From positions 248,001-312,000 of the forward strand of contig NW_026928889.1 in NCBI RefSeq assembly GCF_032062105.1: a stretch of DNA of 64,000 nt, read 5' to 3'. Below are positions 23,967 through 34,639 of this stretch, piece by piece. Both the position numbers and the translations under genes were made by a program. This DNA comes from Saccostrea cucullata (Eukaryota). Numbering within the stretch: position 1 is the stretch's first letter; each line of letters opens with the position of its first letter. The notes beneath the pieces are model-generated. The model worked only from the letters and a program-made list of their open reading frames with translations. It searched no databases and was not told where the DNA came from.

Positions 23967-26900
23967 ATGTCCTCGGCGCTGGAGTCTTATGTTAACCGTA
24001 TCCTTTTGATTTGTTTGATTAAGTAATTTATTTATGAATCACAATTTTTCCATGATCATTATTAATGCCATTTTAAAAATGGAGTGATTGAATCCTTTAT
24101 CTGTGGTTATCAGTGTTGATTCTTCACTGTGATGGTCAATACACTGAGTCCTTTCATTAGGCTTAGCCCTGGTATAGAGACAAGAGTTTAAATTTTCTCT
24201 AAACATTCAAGAACTATAAAGCTTGTATAATTCACCAGTCTTTCACTAAAATACTAGTCCAAACTGAAACAAAACAAAACATTGCTATGCTTAACATGCT
24301 TAAATTTTAATAAATTTTTGAGACATCAAAAAGAATTCAAGGCCCTTACCAAAATATTGACCTTCTGGCAACATCTTCTGGCTTTATTGCCGCAATATTG
24401 CAGCAACATTCTGGCAATACATTGCCGCAATATTGCGGCTATATCGTTTTTCGTATGTAAATTAGTTTTGCGGCAATATTGCCAGAAAGGGGTTGCGGCA
24501 ATATTGCTGCAAATCATGACCCAAATATTGATCTTCTGGCAACATCTTCCGGCATTATTGCCGCAATATTGCGGCTATATCGTTTTTCGTATGTTAATTA
24601 GTTTTGCAGCAATATTGCCAGAAAAGGGTTGCGGCAATATTGCTGCAAATCATGACCAAAATATTGATCTTCTGCCAACATCTTCCGGCATTATTGCCAC
24701 AATATTGCGGCTATATCGTTTTTCGTATGTAAGTTAAGATATTAATTGGTATTTAATGGAAATAATGATCTATCAATCTAACAATTAACAAACTGTGCTG
24801 AGGAATATAACAATTTAAACAATAGCAAGCCACAGGGTCAATAAGAAATAGCTACTTCTGCTATTCTTTGAACAGATAGAAAATTATATTGATCATCATA
24901 ATGAAAATCAAGATATGTTTGTGAAACACTATGCGCCTTGTGGCAATAAAGTTTGAAAAAGCTATTTATAGCATATGGGTCACAGTCAAGGTCACAAGAT
25001 CATTGATCTTGGTGTCATTTGAAAGAACTTAATTGAAGGGGAGTATGCATACTAAATATGAAGTCTCTATCTCTTATAGTTCAAAATTTATGGCAGAGGA
25101 TCAAAATAGCTATTTCTAGCATAGGGGTCACAGTAAAGGTCAAATTGTCATTGACCTTGGTGTTACTTGAAAGAGTTTAATTAGTGAAGGGTGCATATCA
25201 AATATGAATTCTCCATCTTTTATGACTCAAAAGTTATGTCGAAGTTTCAAAAAATCTATTTTAAGTATATGGTCACAGTCAAGGTCCCAAGGTCATTGAC
25301 CTTGGTGTTATTTGAAAGAGGTTAATTAATGAAGTGTGTATACATAATACAAGTTCTCTGTCTTTTATTGCTCAAGATTTATGTCCAAGATTCAAAAAAT
25401 CTATTTTAAGGATGTGGGTCACAGCCAAGGTCTCAAGGTCATTCAGCTTCAGGTATTTTTTGAAAAAGCTTAATTAGTGAATTATGCATACTAAATATAA
25501 AGTCTCTATCTTTCATTAATTTTAAGTTATGACGAATATTCGAAAAAGCTATTTTTATCATATAGGTCACAGTCAAGGTCACAAGGTCATTGACCTTGAT
25601 GTCATTTGAAAGAACATAATTAGTGGAGTAGACATACCAAATATGAAATCTTTATCTCTCATTGGTTCAAAAGTAATGGTGAAGGTTCAAGTTTACAAAC
25701 AGACAGACAGAACAAAAACAATATGTACCCCCGATCTATCGAGACAGGTATAAAAATGTTTATAGAAACAATATTAATATGCCACTGTGAAAATGTCCAG
25801 CAACTCTGCATTTATTTTCAAATAACATGCTTTAATTCATCTTTTCCTGCTACTCTAGGATATATAGACATACAAGTCTAGTATGCATGCATCACAAGCA
25901 CTAATTGAAACACATATAATTTTTCCAATTTTTATCTCCATTGAATCATTGACATCTCAAAAAGAATATTGGTTTTGACTCACCAAGTCTGATGATATGG
26001 AAACAGCTAGAGTATACATATTCCTATAATTCTGCTTAAATTCTTTTTTCTAGTCAGTCCACATAATGCAGTCTTACTACTCATCTTGACTAATCCCACT
26101 GTACACAATTAACAACTCTAATCAACTTGATACAAGTCAGTAATGAAGCAAAACATGCTTGCCTTTGAATTCCCTCCACTTTATTTAAAAAGAGGAAGTA
26201 AATGACTGAGCATGCTCAACAAATGGTTCATGGGTAATCCTAGATGTTGCCAGAAAGTTTTTTCTGGCAGTATTGCCAGAATGTCACCGGAAGTTGTTGC
26301 AGCTAGCGGTGATATTTCATTTTTTCTCACAGTATTGCCGGAATGTCACCAGAAGTTGTTGCCGCTAGCGGTGATATTTCACTAACCCAAAAAGCTTGTT
26401 TCTGGTGACAAAAATGTGTTGCCGCAATGTTGCCGCAATATAGCAGCAATATTGCTGCAATAATTTTACTTTGGTAAGGGGGGAAATAAAAAAAAAATGT
26501 TCTGAGATAACTGACGTTACATGTACATGTAAAATATACCGGAATGCCTCTAGAATGTATGAATATTTGTACAATGTGAAGACAGCAATTTACAATAAAA
26601 TGTTGATGTTTCGAGAAGTCTGGTGCACTGACTAAGTGAATTATAGCAATGTCACTAATTAAAAAAAGAAGAAAACAAGTCAACTGTCATGTACACAAGC
26701 AGCTAGACATCTTTCCTTTACCATACATGTGTAACAGAAGGTTGCCCTGAAAAGTCCCGAATCAATTGACAGAAATCGATTTCAGTTTTAAGCATTTATT
26801 GATTACAACAATTTAACAAAACATTCATGATAAACAATTTAATGCTAACAGGTCAAATGGAGACCACTTTCTCTCCTAAAAATACGTCAACTGTCTTCAG

Positions 26901-29177
26901 TATGAAAATCAACACTGTCCATTAAAAATTACAACAGTCATATATACATATGTAGTAATAACACCATCAGGCTAACCCGGACCGGGACGTACTGTACGTG
27001 ATGCACAATCAATATAACAATGAGTATTATGTTAACAATATGTTAATAGGTATATTTATGTACATAATAAATATAGACTTATGCTAATTTAATATCAGTC
27101 AATTTAATGTACACAAGTAATACTCAATTACTGGAATATTAATTATTATTAATTACAGTTAAGTGTTAAGTTTTGCATTACGTCACGATCTCTTTCAACA
27201 GATGCATCCAGCGTAAACATGATTGGTCAACTCATATTATCAACATTGACACGGAAATAGTCTGTTGCATGAGCAACCAATCAGGTATTAGGAGAAACTT
27301 CCAGTCAAAAAGGTTGCAGTTAGGAGGCGTGTACTATTTACCTTGAGCACAGCTCATAGGTTGTGATGTAAAGCAAAACTACACACTTAACTGAAATTAA
27401 TCCATATTCAACTAAAGATATCAACCGTCACACATGTATGTTAATTTACTCTTTTTACACAAACATATATAAAATAAAGCAAGACCAAAGTACCTGAGGC
27501 TGAGTACTCCTGGATCTTTTACCAGGTACCATGTCAAAATATAACAGACTACTGCGTTTCAGTGTACATGTAGTTCTCACGTTGTGTATTATTGAGTAAG
27601 AATTCTGAATTATGCCCTTAACTAATTAACTAGGGACAGTTTCCATAGTAACAGCTGATGGAAGAATAATTGTAGTAAGTATATTTACCTTTTGTTTGAT
27701 AATTGCATCAAATCAAAAGTAGTCCATAATTATTATAAAAAGACTGTATTCAGTGACGCATATGGAATATTACTCAATAAATAAATTTATAAAATATTAA
27801 ATTCATCAAATGAAAAGATAATTAAGGTACCTCAGCTTTATCACATTTTTTTTATTAAATGTCATTTTACAAACACACATTCAGTAGTGAATAAGCTTTT
27901 CCAGCTTCAAATTTTCCAAATTCATTTTATTTACTGTTCCCGGGAGTTAAGAGTTTGATCTTGTCATATAAAAGATCTGGTCTAAAATTTGTTGTTTCTT
28001 TACAGGGAACGTTGAAAGGTTTTGATCAGACCATCAACTTAATTCTTGATGAGAGCCATGAAAGAGTTTACAGCACATCACAAGGAGTGGAGCAAGTCAT
28101 ACTGGGATTATACATCATCAGGGGGGATAATGTGTAAGTACATAAAAGAGGGTAAAACAAGTCAGTAATGGAATTTGGAATTTTTGAAACTTTTGGAATT
28201 TTACACCATTTTTGGAGATAATGTGTAGAAAGTAGGTCACAATGGGTGGAGCAAGTCACACTGGGATTAATCAAGGGAGATAACATGTAAGTGATTCACA
28301 GTCAATCACAGAGGGTGGAACAAGTCATACTTAGTCTGGATTGTGTAATATGTAAACACATAACGGGGGATAAGACAAGTCATACTAAGTCTGGATTGTG
28401 TAATATGTAAACACATAACGGGGGATAAGACAAGTCATACTAAGTCTGGATTGTGTAATATGTAAATACCGTATAAGCAGAATTTTTAGCGAGGATTTGA
28501 TTTTGGCATTATTAGCGAGATTTCTGAGATCACTAAAATTAAATATCGTTAAAAATAAACTATGTTTAATTTGTATTAATTAGCTTCATTAGTGAGCATT
28601 TTAAAATCACTAAAATTACTTCTCGCTAAAATTAAATTACCATATTTTAAGGACAAACCGCTAAATTTGCATCTCGCTAAAATTTTCACTTATACGGTAC
28701 ATCACAGAGGGTGGAACAAGTCATACACTGGGATTGTACATCATCTGGGCAGTTATGTGAATTAAAGTCATTTTACATTTTCAACTTGCCATTGCAGTAA
28801 GGCCCTGTGTGTCCATCTTAAGCGTTAAGTTCAAAATCAAGAGAGATGAATTGGAATTAGAAGAAAGGCATACAATTTTCTTTAGATATTTAAATATCTG
28901 CTTAAAATTAAATATTGATATTTTATTTATCGGTTTCCTTACATTTACATTGAAACAAATATAAATCTTCTATCTATAGCTGTATCAAATTGTTACTGGC
29001 TAACTTGTATTTTGGAATATTATACTCTGTAATAGAAAAAGAGAGAGAATCCTATGTGTTCAATATGCTTCGTTTTCTCTTGACAGAGCTGTGATAGGAG
29101 AAATTGATGATGACACAGACAATGGATTAGACTTCAACAGCATCAAGGCAGAACCACTCAATGCCGTGACACACTGA
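23967..29177 (+). CDS. LSM8: U6 snRNA-associated Sm-like protein LSm8, 96 aa, 4 coding exons
   Basis: Exons 23967-23997, 27634-27674, 28006-28133 and 29087-29177 (291 nt) give MSSALESYVNRTVSIVTADGRIIVGTLKGFDQTINLILDESHERVYSTSQGVEQVILGLYIIRGDNVAVIGEIDDDTDNGLDFNSIKAEPLNAVTH. Confidence 0.96.
24343..26480. mobile_element. Non-autonomous EnSpm/CMC-like DNA transposon with palindromic subterminal repeats
   Basis: TIR CCCTTACCAAA / TTTGGTAAGGG, with GG on both flanks (possible 2-bp TSD). ATTGCCGCAATATTGC-type repeats at both ends, including ~140-bp tandem units at 24350-24735. Confidence 0.7.
24907..25756 (-). mobile_element. HINE-like (non-autonomous Helentron/Helitron) element with five ~147-bp tandem repeats, nested in the EnSpm-like element
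   Basis: GGTCACAGTCAAGGTCACAAGGTCATTGACCTTGG recurs every ~147 bp. (ACAG)n microsatellite next to the A-run terminus. AATCAAGA at the opposite end. Confidence 0.7.
27156..27393. mobile_element. Small degenerate MITE
   Basis: Imperfect ~35-bp TIR: CAGTTAAGTGTTAAGTTTTGCATTACGTCAC / GTGATGTAAAGCAAAACTACACACTTAACTG. Confidence 0.55.
28244..28750 (+). repeat. Degenerate tandem repeats derived from the 3' half of LSM8 exon 3, including ~56-bp units
   Basis: GTGGAGCAAGTCATACTGGGATT-like core at about 28246, 28315, 28375, 28431 and 28711. Confidence 0.75.
28469..28697. mobile_element. Tc1/mariner (pogo-type) MITE
   Basis: TIR CCGTATAAG..AATTTTTAGCGAG / CTCGCTAAAATTTT..CTTATACGG, flanked by TA on both sides. 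Confidence 0.85.
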
Positions 29178-30217
29178 AGACAAGAGTCCCCACATCATTT
29201 AAATCATGCATTGCCGTACCAAACATTTGAGCCTTTGGCAACCTGAAGGCTTATTATTCCATCATCACTCATAATCTTCATCTTTTTTTTTTCATCATTT
29301 TAATATCAGAGAGGAACATTCCCATGCAGTACTGTTCAAAGAATTATTTTTTAATGTTTAATTATAACTGTGTACAAGGGACATGAAAAAGAATTTCTTC
29401 ATTTGAATAATTTCTAATAACATGGTTGATGTTAAAATTTAGATTTAATTAAATGGTAATCTAGAATATGAGAACTTACTTTTATGTACATGATGATGAA
29501 AATGATAACATTTATCTGACATTTTTACATCAATTAATTGTTTGTGGATTCCAAAAGATAAATTTAAATCATTAAGTGTGAAGTCATCAACATTTTTCAT
29601 ATTATACATGTATGGTTGATAGAAAGTATATATTTGATGGAAAGTTACATGTATCTTTTTTTAAAATGTTTTTTAGTTGTACATTATTATATATGAATGA
29701 GGAGTAAGTCCCAGCCATTATCCAAGCATTGGGCTTGTATTGAAAGTTGAAAATATATGTTCTCTTAATATTTTGTAGAAATAAAATGATATGAATGAAG
29801 ATGTATGAGCCAGAGTAATCAGTATTTAGCTACATGTCTGATATAGACATTGTTTTTATTTTCCTTTGGTTAAAGTAAAAATATTTCTGGGAGTGTTAGA
29901 CTAATGCTGTGATATTTCAATGTGTGTGGTACTGGTGGGTAAGATTGAAACCTTGTAATTATAGCACAGCCTGTGTACTCGTTTCTTCTATAAAGTCTTA
30001 TTGAAGGATTTTAGATATATAAGTAAATTTTTTCAATTAAAACTACAAAATAACTTAAAAAGCCAAACTACCTCAAGAACTAGTGAAGACTAGAGAGATT
30101 ATGTGGAAAAATTTGAATTAACAGATACAGATAGAATTATATTTTTTTTGCATTCCTGTAATTAAATAAAAAAGACCTGTGCTCTCAGGCATTACATTCA
30201 CCTTTCTTCCAAAATTG

Positions 30218-30260
<43 letters not shown>

Positions 30261-30318
30261 CATTTTGTCCGTCATCCGTCCGTCTGTCCGTCTGTCTGTC
30301 CGTCTGTAAACTTTTCAC

Positions 30319-30355
<37 letters not shown>

Positions 30356-32143
30356 TGACCAAACTTGGTACAAAGCATCCTTGGGTAAAGGGGAATTTAA
30401 ATTGTTAAAATGAAGGGACATATCCCCTCGCAAGGGGAGATAATCAAGAAAAGACAAAAATAGGGTGGGGTCATTAAAAAATCTTCTTCTCAAGAACCAC
30501 TGGGCCAGAAAAGCTGAAACTTATGTTGAAGCATCCTGGGGTAGTGTAGATTCTAAATTGTTCAAATCATGACCCCCGGGGGAAGGGCGGGGCCACAATG
30601 GGGAATCAAAGTTTTACATAGAAATATATAGGAAAAATCTTTGAAAATCTTCTTCTCAAGAACCACTTGGCCAGAAAAGCTGAAACTTATATGGAAGCAT
30701 CCTGGTATAGTGTAGATTCTAAATTGTTCAAATCATGAACCCCGGGGGAAGGGCGGGGCCACAATGGGGAATCAAAGTTTTACATAGAAATTTATAGGAA
30801 AAATCTTTGAAAATCTTCTTCTCAAGAACCACTGGGCCAGAAAAGCTGAAACTTATGTGGAAGCATCCTGATATAATGTAGATTCTAAATTGTTCAAATA
30901 AAGACCCCCGGGGGATGGGTGGGGCCACAATGGGGAATCAAAGTTTTATATAGAAATATATAGGAAAAATCTTTGAAAATCTTCTTCTCAAGAACCACTG
31001 GGCCAGAAAAGCTAAAACTTATATGGAAGCATCCTGGTACAGTGTAGATTCTAAATTGTTCAAATCATGACCCCCGGGGGAAGGGCGGGGCCACAATGGG
31101 GAATCAAAGTTTTACATAGAAATTTATAGGAAAAATCTTTGAAAATCTTCTTCTCAAGAACCACTGGGCCAGAAAAGCTGAAACTTATATGGAAGCATCC
31201 TGATATAATGTAGATTCTAAATTGTTCAAATCATGACCCCCGGGGGAAGAGCGGGGCCACAATGGGGAATCAAAGTTTTACATAGAAATATATAGGAAAA
31301 ATCTTTGAAAATCTTCTTCTCAAGAACCACAGGGCCAGAAAAGCTGAAACTTATGTGGAAGCATCCTGATATAATGTAGATTCTAAATTGTTCAAATAAT
31401 GACCCCCGGGGGATGGGTGGGGCCATAATGGGGAATCAAAGTTTTATATAGAAATATATAGGAAAAATCTTTGAAAATCTTCTTCTCAAGAACCACTGGG
31501 CCAGAAAAGCTGAAACTTATGTGGAAGCATCCTGGTATAATGTAGATTCTAAATTGTTCAAATCATGACCCCCAGGGGAAGGGCGGGGCCACAATGGGGA
31601 ATCAAAGTTTTACATTGAAATATATAGGAAAAATCTTTGAAAATCTTCTTCTCAAGAACCACTGGGCCAGAAAAGCTGAAACTTATGTGGAAGCATCCTG
31701 ATATAATGTAGATTCTAAATTGTTCAAATAATGACCCCCGGGGGATGGGTGGGGCCATAATGGGGAATCAAAGTTTTATATAGAAATATATAGGAAAAAT
31801 CTTTGAAAATCTTCTTCTCAAGAACCACTGGGCCAGAAAAGCTGAAACTTATGTGGAAGCATTCTGGGGTAGTGTTAATTCTAAATTGTAGGAATCATGA
31901 CCCCCGTCGAAGGGCGGGGCCATTATAGGGAATCAAAGTTTTACATAGAAATATATAGGAAAAAACTTTGAAAATCTTCTTCTCAGGAACCACTGGGCCA
32001 AAAAAGCTGAAACATATGTGCCCATGGAAGGATCATGGGGTAGTGTAGATTTCAAAATGTCTAAATTATGATCAGTGGGGTAGGGTGGGGATGCATTATG
32101 TATAACAAGGGTGAAATCTGGTAAAGAACAGAATGGTCAAAGC

Positions 32144-32180
<37 letters not shown>
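30218..32180 (+). mobile_element. HINE (non-autonomous Helentron) carrying a 166-bp satellite array
   Basis: 5' AGCTCACCTGAGC-cgaag-GCTCAAGTGAGCT inverted repeat, (CCGT/CTGT)n microsatellite, central tandem array, 3' subterminal CTCAGGTGAGC and terminal hairpin GGCCCATGGGCC, in T-rich flanks. Confidence 0.85.
30480..32062. repeat. ~9.5 copies of a 166-bp satellite monomer, resembling the oyster Cg170/HindIII family
   Basis: AAGAACCACTGGGCCAGAAAAGCTGAAAC recurs at 30492, 30658, 30824, 30990, 31156, 31322, 31488, 31654, 31820 and about 31985. Confidence 0.9.
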
Positions 32181-32183
<3 letters not shown>

Positions 32184-33445
32184 ATATGCCCGTCTTAAGA
32201 CGGGACGTATTATGTTATGGGCTTCGTGTCCGTCCGTCTGTCTGTCTGTTAGCTTTTCTTGTGTCCGGCTCATAACTTTAATACTATAAGGCCTAGAGTT
32301 ATCAAACTTTTTCAGCTGATACATCTTGGGTAGAAGGTGTGTCGCGTACAAAAAGTAGGTCACTCTGACCTTTAGTAAAGATGCTATAGCCAAATATGGA
32401 AAAATCCTGTCCGGCTCATAACTAGAAAACTTTGAGACCTAGAGCTTTCAAACTTGGCAAAAGTATACAGCTAAAGTAGAAGGTGTGTCGCGGCCTATTT
32501 CAAGGTCACTGTGACCTTTAATTTAAGTGATTTTTTTTAAAAAACTAAGTATTTTAAATTTTAAATTTCATAATCCTAAAAAATGTAAAAATATGGTTGT
32601 ATCCTTATTAAAAAATGTTAAATTAAGTAAAAACTTATTTTTTCATTATATACTTTAACAGCAATCTGTAACAAATGTTTATGCTTTGAGAGGAATTCAG
32701 TTTGTCCCATGGGCATAATTATCAAGCACTGGTCAAGAAGAATTTTGATAGCAGAAACTTGCATGTCAAATTAGAGAGAAATTAATGAGTTTATTGTCAG
32801 GAGCTAAGAGCATCTCTAGATCTGATGCAGCTGTTATCTTAATTTATCTCTTGGGAGTTGGGCAAAAAGAAATGGCCTCATAGTTGCTTGTGTTATTTAA
32901 GAGTTCTTGATGGCTAGTCCAGATAAAGATCTTCCAACTGGTGTAATGTAATTAAAACAAATTTATGTTTTAGTGTATGATTAAAACTAAATTAGTATTG
33001 TATAATATAATTAAAACTAATTATACGTGTATTCATAGGAAAAAAAATATATTTCAATTTTTATATATTTGCAACAAATTGCAGTCATGTCTCACGTAGA
33101 ATTTTATAGTCTGAAGAAATTATAATTTATGTTTGATTTTTTTTATTAAACTGTAGCATTTCTATTATTACATAAAATATGCAATAAACAATTTAAGTTT
33201 AAGTAAGCTGCAGATGGATATTTGTTATGCTCTAACACAACCAGTTTTGAGTTATATGATGATTTGTTATAATCAATCCCTACACTGCTAGTCTCTTAGA
33301 GATGTATGATAAGAAATGGAAATTAGATCATTGAAATCTGTGTCAATCTGTTAATCAAGGCTACCTGATTTTCTTGCATCCTAACCAATTTATGATTATT
33401 GAACAATATTTGACGGGCGTATCATGCTGTGGCGGGGCACTTTAT
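32181..33445 (+). mobile_element. Second HINE-like element directly abutting the first
   Basis: 5' ATGCCCGTC-ttaa-GACGGGACGTAT hairpin, (CCGT/CTGT)n, two ~147-bp units starting TGTCCGGCTCATAACT, and 3' subterminal GACGGGCGTAT at about 33412. Confidence 0.65.
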
Positions 33446-34639
33446 TTAGTAGCATAGTGTCCTCTGTACTAAATTCATACTGAGTACAAAGCCAACAATT
33501 TAATGGAAAATTCTGCTCAGTTAATACGTTAGACCTTAATCAAGAGCATATAAACATTACTGAAAATATTATTGTTAGAGAAAAATACACACAAAAAAGG
33601 TACCACGCAGGATTTCTCTTTAAAAAAAAAACAAAAGAAACAACACTTTGTTATATAAAAGGAAATGCGATAAGCACGATGAGCCGATAAATATATTTTA
33701 AGGGGGGGGGGGGTAGATAAATGGGGCAAATGAAATGGTGAAAATTGGCACCTGCCAAAATGGATACATTACTTTTCTACAATTATTACAAAGAATTTCT
33801 TAAAGGGTACACCATTTCTCTGAATAACTCCTCTTGACCTCCTACATGTAAGGGACCTATATTTCTCAAACTATTCAATTTTGCCATCAAAGTCACATGT
33901 ATAGAAATGTGCAGTACTTTTTTTTATTATACAGGATTGCAGGGAATGACCTATTTTGTAGTGGTTAAAACCGGGGTATACATTCAGCAGCGTTCCAATA
34001 GAAGGGACCAGGAAAAAAATCCACTCACCTTTAAAAAGTGAGTTGCCAAAAGAAAAGAAAAACTGTCTCCAAATCACAGGTACTGTGGACAGGACCCCCT
34101 CCCCCTTGGATTAAAGTTTTTTTTTCTCATGAATTATGTTTCTAGTACTTATTTACAACGTATTCCATATGAAAAATCAAAAAAAAAAAAATAGATTTAA
34201 CGACTTACTAAAAAAAAGTCATACCCCTGGTATTATGATATACTCTATTTTATAAGATGAGATAGATAAGATTTTATTATTACCAATTTGGGGCCCATCA
34301 GGGCATAAAAGTAATGAGAAAAACATACAAGAAGAAATTCAAAATTGATAGTAGCAACTAACAAAAGATTAATGATGATACAGCAGTCGGGGATTACAAC
34401 ATATATAATTGACATACTTTACATATTTTATAATACCAGAGGTAATGGGGGGGGGGGTCCTGTCCACAAGTACCTGTGCTCCAAATTCGAAAATCCTATT
34501 TTGTGTGTAGATGTTTTGCTTCTTTCTTTATTTTCAACCTTTTTTTTTAATACACAACACCAACATGTAACATGCATGCATGGTCGTAGAAACCGGGGGG
34601 GGGGGGGGGGGCAAGTGGGGGTTTAATTTTGCCTATTTC

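Larger units (their letters stand above)
23998..27633 (+). other. U12-type (minor spliceosome) GT-AG intron, LSM8 intron 1
   Basis: 5' splice site GTATCCTTTT. Branch point CCCTTAAC at 27615-27622, 11 nt before the 3' splice site. No polypyrimidine tract. Confidence 0.92.

Noticed and set aside
24282-24737. 151-aa ORF with repeated LLPQYC motifs
   Set aside because: It lies in palindromic subterminal repeats of a DNA transposon inside the LSM8 intron and has a non-ATG start.
30272-31758. Repeated 66-73-aa minus-strand ORFs (MAPPIPRGSLFEQ...)
   Set aside because: Translation by-products of the 166-bp satellite and HINE; their spacing is in multiples of 166 bp.
30480-32062. Regularly spaced repeats resembling a CRISPR array
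   Set aside because: The whole monomer repeats with no unique spacers, the context is eukaryotic, and there are no cas genes.
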